From sequence record OR567511.1: a stretch of 64,000 nucleotides of DNA; one strand, 5' to 3'. Within the stretch, counting starts at the first letter, position 1. Each line of letters begins with the position of its first letter. The notes under the pieces were generated by a model, which was given only the letters and a program-made list of their open reading frames with translations, was not told the DNA's origin and searched no databases. Positions 41,502 through 52,500 of this stretch are shown in pieces. The DNA comes from Enterobacter phage vB_Ent31. The position numbers and the translations under genes were made by a program.

Positions 41502-42221
41502 TTATGCATTTTTCCATTTTCTTCCAAGCTGCCAATCTGGATGATTTAGTCTTGGGTCATTAGGGTCTGTAGTAGACGATTTCTCACCAGTTCTAGAGAT
41601 GAGCCATTTTCTAGACTTAGCTACTTCAGAATATTTCTTTTTGGCTTCATCAGTTCGTAATTTGCCAGTGTTGGCTTTAGAGATTCTATCACCCCACACT
41701 TTGACATCAGATTCACTCATAAAATCTTTTACATTTTTGCCAAACATTGGGTTAGAAGAACCTTTGAATGATCCACCTCGTTTTAATCGAGTATCTCTGG
41801 ATTTTAAACCTAAACCAGGCAACTTTTTACCTTTGTTCCATGGTTCTGCACCTGAATCATATCGGGCTTTTTGGCTTTCAGATATCTTATGAGATGTTTC
41901 TTCACTAGAATTATTATTAAGCCCGTTCTTATTAATGAAATCCCACCCACCTTCTCCGCCTGGCTTTAAATTGTAATTTGTATCTAGTTGGATAAATTCT
42001 TCCGTAACTAACTCTCTTTCAAGAGAATATGCTTCTTCCTTAGTATCAAATATTGCTAAAATATCTTTAACGAATGAAGATTTGCCATACTTTGCTTCTG
42101 CATTCTTAAATGCGGTACCAGATCCTAAATAAGAATCGTTTTCTTTTAGTGTCTTGTGAACACCAATGTAAATTTTATTATTCACAAGACACGTAGTTTT
42201 ATAAACTGTATACTTTTCCAT
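41502..42221 (-). mobile_element. free-standing GIY-YIG homing endonuclease (Seg-like) next to pseT
   Basis: N-terminal GIY-YIG VYKTTCLVNNKIYIGVHK...YLGSG. Repeated basic NUMOD-like C-terminal modules (KISESQKARY, KVWGDRISKANTGK, KKYSEVAKSRKW). Confidence 0.75.
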
Positions 42222-42273
42222 AAATACCTCTATATTATGGAGGTATTTATTAGTAGATTGCGGCGATTTCTAA

Positions 42274-43327
<1,054 letters not shown>

Positions 43328-43331
<4 letters not shown>

Positions 43332-43666
43332 TCAAGTTCCTTTACGAAGTTATCAACATCAGCCTTGGCTTTATTATAATCAGCTAGAGTTTTAGCTAAC
43401 CATTCTTCTTTGCGGCCTTTAAGCAAAGCAGACAAATATGAACCCTGAGCAAATAGCTGTGTAGTCATTAAATTTGACATAGCATTTGCTAGTTCTGGCG
43501 CTTTAGCTTTTACGGCACGTCGTAAATTTGCTCCAGCTTCATCTAAGTCTCTGGCAATGTTTTCAAGTTCTTGCTCTGCGCGAACTGAGCCATCATCTAC
43601 ACGAAGTCCATACGAATAAGCATATGAAGCTTTGCGGTATTTTTCGAGTAGAATTTTAATGGACAT
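43328..43666 (-). CDS. hypothetical protein (about 112 aa)
   Basis: Start at MSIKIL, with GAGGAA 8 nt upstream. Confidence 0.45.
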
Positions 43667-43871
43667 TAGCAATTTCCTCAATAATGACGTTTACACGCGC
43701 AGTAGCTTCGTCATATCGAGCTTTAGCATGAGCTGTTTCAAATTCGTTGTCAACGTAAGTCAAATAACCATCGTCCATTTGCATACGAGTCTTTGCTGAG
43801 CCGTAATCAATTGCCCGAGCCGTAAGTTCAGAGATGGCGCCTTCAAGAGCCATTTTAGCAAATTTATTCAT
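43656..43871 (-). CDS. hypothetical protein (71 aa)
   Basis: Coupled ORF. Confidence 0.4.
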   Translation of the reverse strand: MNKFAKMALEGAISELTARAIDYGSAKTRMQMDDGYLTYVDNEFETAHAKARYDEATARVNVIIEEIANVH

Positions 43872-44347
43872 AGCCCGAGCGCCTCATACAAGGATTTACG
43901 AATTTCACGGACATCTTTACCCGCTGGACGCATTGCGCCTTCAACATCAGAGATAAAGCCATTGGCACAATTAGATTTAACTTGACCGTAAATTGAAGCA
44001 GCTTCAATAAGCTTATCAATCAAATCACGTTTATAGTCTTCTTCCATACGAATGCCATACCATTTGTCGTAATCTTCTATAGGAGCAAAGATTTTGAACC
44101 AAGTTTCTTCTGAAATATAAGTTTGTTCTTTAAGTTTAAAGACGTGAGATGGGATAGTTTCAGTTCCTGGAGCAAAAACTCTAACTGAAACTACTGTCGG
44201 TTTTCCATCAATGATTTCAAACCAGGGACTCACGGTAGCTTTACGCATTAATGGAGTTTTGTGACGAGCACCCTGCATACACAATTTGCGTAATTGGGTC
44301 TTTTTAATTGCAGATAAGAATGAACCATCTTTTACAAAATAGCGCAT
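43868..44347 (-). CDS. hypothetical protein (159 aa)
   Basis: Start is reassigned to MRYFVKDGS at 44347 with GAGGAAAA upstream. The ORF-track start is a TTG. Confidence 0.5.
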   Translation of the reverse strand: MRYFVKDGSFLSAIKKTQLRKLCMQGARHKTPLMRKATVSPWFEIIDGKPTVVSVRVFAPGTETIPSHVFKLKEQTYISEETWFKIFAPIEDYDKWYGIRMEEDYKRDLIDKLIEAASIYGQVKSNCANGFISDVEGAMRPAGKDVREIRKSLYEALGL

Positions 44348-44376
44348 GATATTTTCCTCAAAGTTTATTATCCGAT

Positions 44377-44392
44377 GAGGCCCGAAGGCCTC
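44377..44392 (-). terminator. GAGGCCCGAAGGCCTC hairpin
   Basis: 8-bp stem. Confidence 0.45.
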
Positions 44393-44474
44393 AATTAAAA
44401 CGTAACAACCATTGCAAGAGCTACTGTGCAAGCAACTGCAGCAATAAACAATCCGAAACAAAACAGCTTTGCAC

Positions 44475-44777
44475 CTAACGTGAATTTACGCATTTTGGTT
44501 CCTTTAATTCAGAGCGATAATAACATATCATACCATTAGCATCTTTGGTATAACGAAGAACATCATCTAACCAAACTCTAAATTCTTGTGATTCAGAGAA
44601 AGGCATTCCTACAAATGGTCGTCCGTCAACTTCAACGATAGTCCAGCGGCCATTCCAAGGCTTAATCTGGTCAGGCCAAGATGGATGCACTACTGTTGGC
44701 TGGGGTAACTCTAGTGACTTCTGAGAACATCCAGACAATAGTCCAATTGATAATATTACGGCTACTAAAAGTTTCAC
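44475..44777 (-). CDS. outer-membrane lipoprotein, o-spanin candidate (pseT.2 position)
   Basis: Signal peptide with lipobox MKLLVAVILSIGLLSGC. Overlaps the upstream i-spanin gene. Confidence 0.6.
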   Translation of the reverse strand: MKLLVAVILSIGLLSGCSQKSLELPQPTVVHPSWPDQIKPWNGRWTIVEVDGRPFVGMPFSESQEFRVWLDDVLRYTKDANGMICYYRSELKEPKCVNSR

Positions 44778-45130
44778 TTAGTGGCCTCCTGGAACTCTAG
44801 AGTCAATTTATTAAAAGACTCATTTAATTGTTTTTCAACCAACTTAGGCTTAGCTTTTACTACATTCTCACGCTTAGCATCTTTAGCCATTTTAGCGCTA
44901 GACTTATCAGCTTCTGCTCTATTTGCTTTACGAGTCTCGTCATATTTGTTGAGATTCACAAAGTCGGTTTTTAACTTTTCAATAGCTTTGCCGTTAGCTT
45001 CAGCTATTTGTTGCATTTGCTTAAGGTCTTCTTTTAAGCCATCAATCCGTGAAGATTGATATTGAATGAACCCATAAGCTGTTAATCCGAGCGCCACTAA
45101 AATGACGTGGATGTTTGTTATTTTGAACAT
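44774..45130 (-). CDS. inner-membrane coiled-coil protein, i-spanin candidate (pseT.3 position)
   Basis: N-terminal TM segment IHVILVALGLTAYGFIQ, followed by a Lys/Glu-rich coiled-coil. Confidence 0.6.
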   Translation of the reverse strand: MFKITNIHVILVALGLTAYGFIQYQSSRIDGLKEDLKQMQQIAEANGKAIEKLKTDFVNLNKYDETRKANRAEADKSSAKMAKDAKRENVVKAKPKLVEKQLNESFNKLTLEFQEATK

Positions 45131-45624
45131 AATTTGATGATTGCCTGTACAATATCGTCCTGAGAAAGACCATTGATAAGAATATGATGTTCAGCAGGAG
45201 AGTTTTGAATTTTGAAGCAAGGGTCCACCATCTCTGCCATTTCAGATGCAGATAAACGTGGATTTGAAACACCCAGACGATGCTTTCCATAGATTGGGTC
45301 TACAATGATGTAGCACTTACAACCATTTACGTGAACGTTTGGTTGGGAAATGTTAATCATCACTTCTGCACCGTACTTGGTCAGATGATTATCTAAGAAG
45401 CTGCGCATTTCTTCTACTGCTTCAGGCATCTTCTCAGCGCGTTCTTCATTTACGCGGTTACTATATTCTTTACGAGCCTTTTGACGCTTTTGGTCGCGAG
45501 AGTAAGCTACACGTAAATCTGTGATGTAACCCAGAGGACGAGAATTTTTGAAAATACGAATCCCGTCATGATGAGTGCCACCGTAAATTTCTATTAGTTC
45601 TTCAGCAGTGATTAAGTTCAGCAT
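45118..45624 (-). CDS. alc: Alc-like protein (host transcription unfolding/termination)
   Basis: 168 aa. Position immediately downstream of rnlA, as in T4. Size fits T4 Alc (from memory). No motif confirmation. Confidence 0.5.
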   Translation of the reverse strand: MLNLITAEELIEIYGGTHHDGIRIFKNSRPLGYITDLRVAYSRDQKRQKARKEYSNRVNEERAEKMPEAVEEMRSFLDNHLTKYGAEVMINISQPNVHVNGCKCYIIVDPIYGKHRLGVSNPRLSASEMAEMVDPCFKIQNSPAEHHILINGLSQDDIVQAIIKLCSK

Positions 45625-45654
45625 TTCGTTTTCTCCATTTGGTTAGTGTAGAGA

Positions 45655-45691
45655 CATAGTAACACAACCAAATGGAGATGTAAACGGTTAG
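45655..45691 (-). promoter_or_regulatory. conserved early-type promoter cassette
   Basis: Plus strand reads CATAGTAACACAAC...GATGTAAACGGTTAG. Confidence 0.4.
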
Positions 45692-46818
45692 ATGTACTCA
45701 GCCGGAGTGAATGGCTTTGTGTTCTTCAAGAATGCTGTGTTCAGCTTCGTGATGAGCTGATCGTCATCAAGGTCTCCTGCATACATTTTCATGATGATGC
45801 CGAAAATCTGAGGCAGACCAGCCAGTGCTGTTTCAGCTTGAGCATTCGCCGCATAAGACTTACGGTCCTTACCACGATGAGTAGCGTAGAAGTCTTGGCA
45901 CAGTTTAAGAGCTGAACGAAGATAGTCTAAGTACTGGGTTTCAAAGGCATTAATCTTATCGATAGCTACTTTATCATTATCAAACATGCCACGAAGGTCA
46001 TCAGCAGCATTGTTCACGATGCATTCAAACAGACGTTGGTTGTTGATAATAGAATCCTTTGTATGATGGAGAGCACAATACCATTCTGTTTTCAGTTTGA
46101 AACGAAGACCATCTTCCATTACGCAAACATAACCTTCAATTTGTTCTTCAGCGCGAATCTTGGAAACGAAATCTCCATTAGGAACTTCAAATGCTTCTAC
46201 CAGATACTTACGAAGAACTGGATGCGCCAAAAGGTCTTCGTAATCAATGTACTCACCTGTGTCATTTTCACGAACGTTCAGAAGAATAAGCATCTTTTCA
46301 TGGTAGTTCAAAACAACTCGATTCTGTGGAGAACAGTATTCAAAGTTAGCAGTGAAACCATCTTTTGCTAAATCAATCAGAGCTTCAGCCAAATCCAGAT
46401 GATCGATACTTGCCAGCATTGCAGAAGCTTCAACAGCCTGCTCAGATTTGATAGAAGTCTTAGACTTAAAGCGAATACGATTTTCACCGTCCAAATAAGT
46501 AGAAACCAAGGAGCCATCTTCTTTGGCTAACATATACTTAATCTTAGAAAGGTCCAGATTCATAGTGAATGGAGTTTCATTAAGATTGAAGAACTTTTCC
46601 ATTGGACGAGATGCGATACGCACCGGGGTATCGTCTGCATCAAGTTCAAACATAATGCCACGACACTCTAATGCAGACGGCAGGAGCCAGTCAGAGTAAG
46701 ATGCGTAATGGTAAGAAAACGTGCGATATTTGTACCCCATTGGAGATACATCATCACGGTAGAAGAAACGAGTTTCATCGTTACATAGAGTCATGAGCTC
46801 ATTGAATAATTTTTTCAC
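45688..46818 (-). CDS. rnlA: RNA ligase 1 (gp63)
   Basis: 376 aa. Long collinear identity to T4 Rnl1 (from memory), for example ASRPMEKFFNLNE.PFTMN. Confidence 0.9.
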   Translation of the reverse strand: MKKLFNELMTLCNDETRFFYRDDVSPMGYKYRTFSYHYASYSDWLLPSALECRGIMFELDADDTPVRIASRPMEKFFNLNETPFTMNLDLSKIKYMLAKEDGSLVSTYLDGENRIRFKSKTSIKSEQAVEASAMLASIDHLDLAEALIDLAKDGFTANFEYCSPQNRVVLNYHEKMLILLNVRENDTGEYIDYEDLLAHPVLRKYLVEAFEVPNGDFVSKIRAEEQIEGYVCVMEDGLRFKLKTEWYCALHHTKDSIINNQRLFECIVNNAADDLRGMFDNDKVAIDKINAFETQYLDYLRSALKLCQDFYATHRGKDRKSYAANAQAETALAGLPQIFGIIMKMYAGDLDDDQLITKLNTAFLKNTKPFTPAEYI

Positions 46819-47228
46819 TTTTTACCCTTATGTTGAGTATTCCACGGAGGATTGAATTTTTTGATGAACATCGGTTCTTCAAGGTCCATCGTTGAGATTG
46901 ACATTTCACCGAGTTCATTGTTTATCAGGAGATTAAAGCACTGTCGAGCATAGAAGCTAACAGTCTTTCCTGACATCAGAGCATCGTAAATCTTTGCTGA
47001 TTTAGTTGAATCTGACGTCTGGTCTTTGCGGTTAATCGCAGTCCTGTAATAATTTATTCTCTTTCTGAGATTCTTGGTCTTACCGATGTAGACCAACTCA
47101 TTATCAACTGCTATTGCATAAACCACATTCAACTTGTTTGGAACTTGGACGTGGTCTATCGTACAATCCGGTAGCAGCTTCAGTTGAGTGTATTCTATAA
47201 AAGAAAACTCGTTAGCAATATCTTTCAT
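46815..47228 (-). CDS. denA: endonuclease II (GIY-YIG family)
   Basis: 137 aa. GIY-YIG-like VVYAIAVDNELVYIGKTKNLRKRINYY. Position between nrdB and rnlA. Confidence 0.75.
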   Translation of the reverse strand: MKDIANEFSFIEYTQLKLLPDCTIDHVQVPNKLNVVYAIAVDNELVYIGKTKNLRKRINYYRTAINRKDQTSDSTKSAKIYDALMSGKTVSFYARQCFNLLINNELGEMSISTMDLEEPMFIKKFNPPWNTQHKGKK

Positions 47229-47234
47229 AACAGA

Positions 47235-47250
47235 AGGGCCCGAAGGCCCT
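47235..47250 (-). terminator. AGGGCCCGAAGGCCCT hairpin
   Basis: 8-bp stem after nrdB. Confidence 0.45.
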
Positions 47251-47254
47251 CTCC

Positions 47255-48469
47255 TTACAAATACTTTCTGAATTTCAACAGCACATCAGCATCTACATCG
47301 TTATCAATCTGTGCTACAAGGTAACTTGAGATTTCAACTTCTTGTGGAGCAGATTGTACCGCATCTGAGTTTAAGTATTCACGAATCCATGGGATTGGGT
47401 GACGAACAGGAGCGTCAGTAATCGGGCATGGAAGACCACAGCTACGCATACGTGAAACGGTCAGATAGTCGATGAAGTCATGAAGGATTTTCACTGAAAG
47501 ACCAGGAACTCCACCATCGCGCCACAGATGAACTGCCCATTCTTTTTCTTGGCGGTTGATTTCCATGAAGATATCAACTGCTTCCTGTTCGCATTCACGA
47601 GCAATCTCAACCCACTCTTCACCATCTGTGCCAAGTTGAAGCTGTCTGATGATGTACTGCGTACCCTTCAGATGAAGCTGCTCATCACGAGCAATGAACT
47701 TCATAATCTTAGAGTTGCCTTCCATGATTTCCATGTTCTTATGGAAGTTGAAAGTACAAGCGAAAGATACATAGAAACGAATTGCTTCAAGACCATTGAT
47801 GACATGTAGACACAGATAAAGTGCTTTCATCAGAGCACGTTTAGTAGAGCGTTCCCACTGTTCAGCTTTATCAAGTTCGCCCAGCACGCTATCATCTACT
47901 TCTTCACCGTCAGCGATATACTGGCATGCTTCAAATTTCCAGTACGAAACCTCGGTTTTGGCGTTTTCCCACTGACGAGTTTTGTAGATAACATCATCAT
48001 AATAACGACCAATCGTTTCAGCTCGTTTCATGATTGCTTCATCAAGAACGATTTCGTCAAATACCTTGGCTGGGTCATTCAACAGGTTACGCATGATATG
48101 CGTATAAGAGCGAGAGTGAATCGTTTCAGAGAACGTCCAAGTCTGGTTCCAAGTATCAAGTGAAGGGTCAGAAATCAGAGCGGAAAGAACTGCTGCTGGT
48201 GCTCGCCCTTGGATTGAATCCAGAAGGCTTTGATATTTCAGGTTATCAAGGAATACGTTTTGCTGACCAACTGGAAGCTTTTCAAATTGAGCTCGGTCAG
48301 TCATCAGGTTAACTTCTTCAGGACGCCAGAAGAACGAGAGTTGTTTCTCAATCAGTTCTTCAAATGTACGGTGACGTTGAATATCATATCGTGCAATACC
48401 AAGCCCACTTCCGAAGAACATTGGCTCGGTCATCAAATCTACTTGTTGCGTATTAAAAACTGTGCTCAT
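47255..48469 (-). CDS. nrdB: ribonucleotide reductase small subunit NrdB (no intron)
   Basis: 404 aa contiguous. Iron-binding E..H motifs. Synteny. Confidence 0.9.
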   Translation of the reverse strand: MSTVFNTQQVDLMTEPMFFGSGLGIARYDIQRHRTFEELIEKQLSFFWRPEEVNLMTDRAQFEKLPVGQQNVFLDNLKYQSLLDSIQGRAPAAVLSALISDPSLDTWNQTWTFSETIHSRSYTHIMRNLLNDPAKVFDEIVLDEAIMKRAETIGRYYDDVIYKTRQWENAKTEVSYWKFEACQYIADGEEVDDSVLGELDKAEQWERSTKRALMKALYLCLHVINGLEAIRFYVSFACTFNFHKNMEIMEGNSKIMKFIARDEQLHLKGTQYIIRQLQLGTDGEEWVEIARECEQEAVDIFMEINRQEKEWAVHLWRDGGVPGLSVKILHDFIDYLTVSRMRSCGLPCPITDAPVRHPIPWIREYLNSDAVQSAPQEVEISSYLVAQIDNDVDADVLLKFRKYL

Positions 48470-48684
48470 TTAACTTCCTCGAATTCAAATTCAATTTCAA
48501 TACCGGCTACAGCTTCGACTCCATATCGATAGCCTTCGAGATACATTGCAACACCGTATTCATCACCATGCATTGTTGGCGGAACTTCGATAAGTGAAGT
48601 GCGGACTACAAATTCTCTCATCTGCTCTCCATTATTATAAATGGCATAGATGTTATAGCTTTTTGCTTCTGTTCTGTGGCTCAT
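48466..48684 (-). CDS. hypothetical protein (72 aa)
   Basis: ATGA-coupled to nrdB. Confidence 0.45.
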   Translation of the reverse strand: MSHRTEAKSYNIYAIYNNGEQMREFVVRTSLIEVPPTMHGDEYGVAMYLEGYRYGVEAVAGIEIEFEFEEVK

Positions 48685-48857
48685 AAATTATAAGTCCTAT
48701 TAAGTAATTCTGCTGTAACTTTAGTTGATTCTGAATAAATGCGGAACTCTTCATCCAACTTTCTAAGACGTTTTCTCAATTCTTCCACAAACTCAGGCGT
48801 CAACTCTATTGTTTTAACTACTTCCAAAAGTTCTTGGATACTCATAGTGTGCTTCAT
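48681..48857 (-). CDS. small ORF (58 aa) below the ORF-track cutoff
   Basis: Manual translation gives MKHTMSIQELLEVVKTIELTPEFVEELRKRLRKLDEEFRIYSESTKVTAELLNRTYNL. Strong AGGAGG RBS. Confidence 0.45.
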   Translation of the reverse strand: MKHTMSIQELLEVVKTIELTPEFVEELRKRLRKLDEEFRIYSESTKVTAELLNRTYNL

Positions 48858-48866
48858 AAATCCTCC

Positions 48867-48884
48867 TGGACCATCCGTGGTCCA
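48867..48884 (-). terminator. TGGACCATCCGTGGTCCA hairpin after nrdA
   Basis: 7-bp stem. Confidence 0.4.
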
Positions 48885-48901
48885 ATTATAAACTAAAAGA
48901 A

Positions 48902-51157
48902 TTAAAGCTTACATGCAGAACAATCTTCGGCTTTTGGTTTCTCGATTTCAAAATCATCGTTACCAGAACCATCACGAGTGTTATGATAGTACAATGTCTT
49001 ACCACCAAAGTACCAGAAGTAAAGCAAGTCGTCCATCATAACAGACATTGGCACTTTACCTTTCTCATAGTTCTGAGGGTCATAGTAAGTATTAGCTGAT
49101 GCAGATTGACATACCCACTTCAACATAATAGCTACTTGAGTCAGATAAGGTTTGTTACCCTGCTTAGCAAGTTTCCATGCATAATCATAGAGGTCAGCGT
49201 TCAGTTCAACGTTCGGAACTACTTGGTTGAAGCTTCCTTCTTTAGACTCTTTAATAGAGACTGGACCTCGTGGCGGCTCAATACCGTTTGTGCTGTTGGA
49301 AACCTGGGAGGAGGACTCACATGGCATGAGTGCGGACAATGTACTGTTACGGATGCCATATTGCTTGAGTTCTGCACGGAGTGCTTCCCAGTCACAAACG
49401 TAATTCGGGGCCGCGAGCTGGTCAATTCTCTTATTGTACCAGTCGATAGGTAATTCGCCTCGAGACCAACGAGTGTCTTTATAATACTCGCAAGGTCCTT
49501 TTTCTTTTGCAAGTTTAATTGATGCTTTGATGAGTGCATATTGCAGCCTTTCAAACAGTTCGTGAGTCAGGTCATTTGCATCAGCGTATGTAGCAAAGTT
49601 ATCTGCTAACCAAGCAGCGTAGTTCGTTACACCAACACCCAATGCTCGACGTTTAAGAGCTTTCAAAGCTTCTTTAACCGGATAACCTTGATAACTCAAG
49701 AGGTTGTCGAGTGCTCGGACTTGGACTTCTGCGAGCTCGTTAATAGTTTCTTGGTCTTGCCAATCGAAGTTGCCGAGCACGAACGCAGACAACGTACACA
49801 GCGCAATTTCTGCGTCTTCTGAGTAGACGTCTTTAGTAGGTAACGCAATTTCTGCGCAGAGGTTCGATTGCTTAATCGTAGCCACATCACGAATAAAAGG
49901 ACCATAATTACCAACGTTATCTACGAAGTAAGGGTAAATTCGAGCTGTGCCTGAACGCTCAGTTAAGAATAACTCAATCAATTCACGAGCTTTGACCCGC
50001 TTCTTACGAACATCAGGGTTCTTTTCAAGAGCTTCATATTGTTCACGGAATGCAGCAGCATCTTTGAAATAGTTCTCATAAAGGAGACCAGCATCAATAT
50101 CTGGAGAGAACAGAGTGATGTAATCATCTTTAATCAGACGTTCAAACATCAGGTCATTGATTTGAACACCATAATCTAAATGACGAATACGGTTTTCATC
50201 TACACCTTTGTTGTTCTTAAGTACGAGGAGGTTTTCAACTTCCAAGTGCCAGATTGGATAGTACAATGTCGCCGCCCCGCCGCGAACTCCACCCTGGGAG
50301 CAGGACTTAACTGCTGTTTGGATGTGTTTCCAGAAAGGAATAACTCCAGTATGCTTGACTTCTCCGAAGCCGATTTTTGAACCTTCTGCACGAATCATAC
50401 CTGCGTTAATGCCGATACCAGCACGTTTAGAGATGTACTCTACAATTGATTCAGCTGATTTGTTAATTGATTTCAGTGAATCACCAGCTTCAATAACAAC
50501 GCAAGAACTGAATTGACGAGTAGGAGTACGAGCACCTGCCATAATAGGAGTAGGCAGAGAAATTTTCTTAGTTGACACAGCATCGTAAAAACGAATAGTG
50601 TTCACTAAACGGTTTTCACCATCATCCTGATGCAGAGTCATACCAATGAGCATGAATGCAAATTGAGGAGTTTCGATGATTTGACCAGTGCTGCGATCTT
50701 TGACCAGGTATTTTTCAATGAGTTGCATCGTGCCAGCATACGTCATTTCAAAATCACGGTCATGAACAATTTTACTTTCAAGCAGAGCAATTTCTTCGGC
50801 AGACCATTTGGCAAGAATTTCTTTGTCGTATTTGTTGTGATTAACACCAAATGAAATCTGGTCAATAAATGAACGAGGTTCAAACTGTCCGTAAACTTGC
50901 TTACGAAGATTGAACATCGCCAGATTACTTGCTACATACTGATAATCTGGTTCTTCAATTGAAATCATTGAAGCCGCAACCTTAGTAGCTGCGCGTTGAA
51001 TGTCATAAGTTGTCATTCCATCTTGCAGATGCGGAACGATAGCTTGATATAGCTCATATGGGTCAACTCGGGTGTTTTCACAACCCCATTCCAGAACCTT
51101 GATAAGTTTTTCTGGAGTAAATTCCTGAGAGGTACCACTGGACTTAATTACTTTCAT
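48902..51157 (-). CDS. nrdA: ribonucleotide reductase large subunit NrdA
   Basis: 751 aa. N-terminal ATP-cone. Active-site Cys/Asn/Glu region. C-terminal ...CSACKL. Confidence 0.95.
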   Translation of the reverse strand: MKVIKSSGTSQEFTPEKLIKVLEWGCENTRVDPYELYQAIVPHLQDGMTTYDIQRAATKVAASMISIEEPDYQYVASNLAMFNLRKQVYGQFEPRSFIDQISFGVNHNKYDKEILAKWSAEEIALLESKIVHDRDFEMTYAGTMQLIEKYLVKDRSTGQIIETPQFAFMLIGMTLHQDDGENRLVNTIRFYDAVSTKKISLPTPIMAGARTPTRQFSSCVVIEAGDSLKSINKSAESIVEYISKRAGIGINAGMIRAEGSKIGFGEVKHTGVIPFWKHIQTAVKSCSQGGVRGGAATLYYPIWHLEVENLLVLKNNKGVDENRIRHLDYGVQINDLMFERLIKDDYITLFSPDIDAGLLYENYFKDAAAFREQYEALEKNPDVRKKRVKARELIELFLTERSGTARIYPYFVDNVGNYGPFIRDVATIKQSNLCAEIALPTKDVYSEDAEIALCTLSAFVLGNFDWQDQETINELAEVQVRALDNLLSYQGYPVKEALKALKRRALGVGVTNYAAWLADNFATYADANDLTHELFERLQYALIKASIKLAKEKGPCEYYKDTRWSRGELPIDWYNKRIDQLAAPNYVCDWEALRAELKQYGIRNSTLSALMPCESSSQVSNSTNGIEPPRGPVSIKESKEGSFNQVVPNVELNADLYDYAWKLAKQGNKPYLTQVAIMLKWVCQSASANTYYDPQNYEKGKVPMSVMMDDLLYFWYFGGKTLYYHNTRDGSGNDDFEIEKPKAEDCSACKL

Positions 51158-51455
51158 GCAAATCCTCTAGCGTAAATGTGTCTTTGAATAATCTGTTTAC
51201 TATATGAGCTATTATATCACCATGGCAAGCTTTAGGTTTACAAGTGCATCCTAATCTCATTCCACGGAGAGTCTCCAGGTGCTCACGTTTTATTTCACCA
51301 CTCCTAATACGCTTAATGAAGTCCTCTTTAAAGGCTTCAATGGCAGCCTCACGGCTGCCAGCATTTTTACCAACGTCATTACCCCACATTGTGCCTCGTT
51401 GGATATTAACGTCGAAATCGGAATGGTATTTATTAACCACTCGACACGCTCTCAT
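51144..51455 (-). CDS. hypothetical Cys/His-containing protein (103 aa)
   Basis: ORF with ...GCTCKPKACHGDII.... Coupled to nrdA. Confidence 0.45.
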   Translation of the reverse strand: MRACRVVNKYHSDFDVNIQRGTMWGNDVGKNAGSREAAIEAFKEDFIKRIRSGEIKREHLETLRGMRLGCTCKPKACHGDIIAHIVNRLFKDTFTLEDLHESN

Positions 51456-51643
51456 TACGCTTTACTCACAATAATAATGCGTTCAGCAGATTCACCGACA
51501 ATTTCAATGTGATGAGCCAGAACTATGTGAAAATAGCCATTAATCATAATAGAAGAGTTTAATTTGAAGTCAGCATCGCACAGTTGCTCATCAGTTTGAG
51601 CATAAACGATACTTCCCAAAGCATTTGTAAATTTAGTAATCAT
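51455..51643 (-). CDS. hypothetical protein (62 aa)
   Basis: Coupled ORF between td and the 103-aa gene. Confidence 0.4.
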   Translation of the reverse strand: MITKFTNALGSIVYAQTDEQLCDADFKLNSSIMINGYFHIVLAHHIEIVGESAERIIIVSKA

Positions 51644-52500
51644 ACAGCCATTTTTCCTTTGATTGTTGGGTGACTTTCATAGTTAACTAACTTGAAGTCT
51701 TCGATAACAGCAAATCGATTTATCCACTTAAGCTGGGATGAAGTTTGCCAACGCTCAAACTCAGGTGGAAAATCAATTTCAAGCTCACACAGTTCTTTTG
51801 GTTCACGACGAAGAATTTCTTCGCATTGCTCAATATGATTTGAGTAGATGTGAGTGTTGCCGCCAGTAAATACTAAATGGCCAGGTTTTAAGCCAGTCAT
51901 TTTAGCTACGATATGAATCAAAGCAGCGTAAGATGCAATATTGAATGGTAGACCAAGGAACACATCTACCGACCTCTGGTACCACTGGAGGTCCAAGAAC
52001 CCATTGCGTACGTTGAACTGATATATCATATGGCATGGTGGAAGCGCCATCTTAGGGATGTCTAGAGGGTTCCAGGCAGTCACAATTTGACGACGGTCAT
52101 TAGGCAGTTCTTTAATTCGGTCAATAACCAAAGTCAATTGGTCAACACCCATAAAGTCTCGCCACTGCTTGCCGTAAACCGGACCAAGCTCACCGTCAAC
52201 ATATCCCATTGAACGAGCTTGATTTTCGTAATTGTCGTCCCAGACAGTTTTACCATTTGTCGGAGAACCATGCTGACGAAGACGTAAATCGTTTACATTT
52301 GTTGAACCAGATAGGAACCACAAAAGTTCTGCAATACATGCTTTCCAGGCAAGCTTCTTAGTAGTTACTGCTGGAAAACCTTGTTGCAAATCAAAACGAA
52401 GCTGAGTGCCAAACACAGCACAAGTACCAGTTCCTGTGCGGTCATCAGTCACGTAACCTTCATCAAAGATATGCTGAATTAGCTGTTGATATTGTTTCAT
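51640..52500 (-). CDS. td: thymidylate synthase (no intron)
   Basis: 286 aa contiguous. Catalytic region ALPPCH. Near-identical to T4 Td exons (from memory). Confidence 0.95.
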   Translation of the reverse strand: MKQYQQLIQHIFDEGYVTDDRTGTGTCAVFGTQLRFDLQQGFPAVTTKKLAWKACIAELLWFLSGSTNVNDLRLRQHGSPTNGKTVWDDNYENQARSMGYVDGELGPVYGKQWRDFMGVDQLTLVIDRIKELPNDRRQIVTAWNPLDIPKMALPPCHMIYQFNVRNGFLDLQWYQRSVDVFLGLPFNIASYAALIHIVAKMTGLKPGHLVFTGGNTHIYSNHIEQCEEILRREPKELCELEIDFPPEFERWQTSSQLKWINRFAVIEDFKLVNYESHPTIKGKMAV

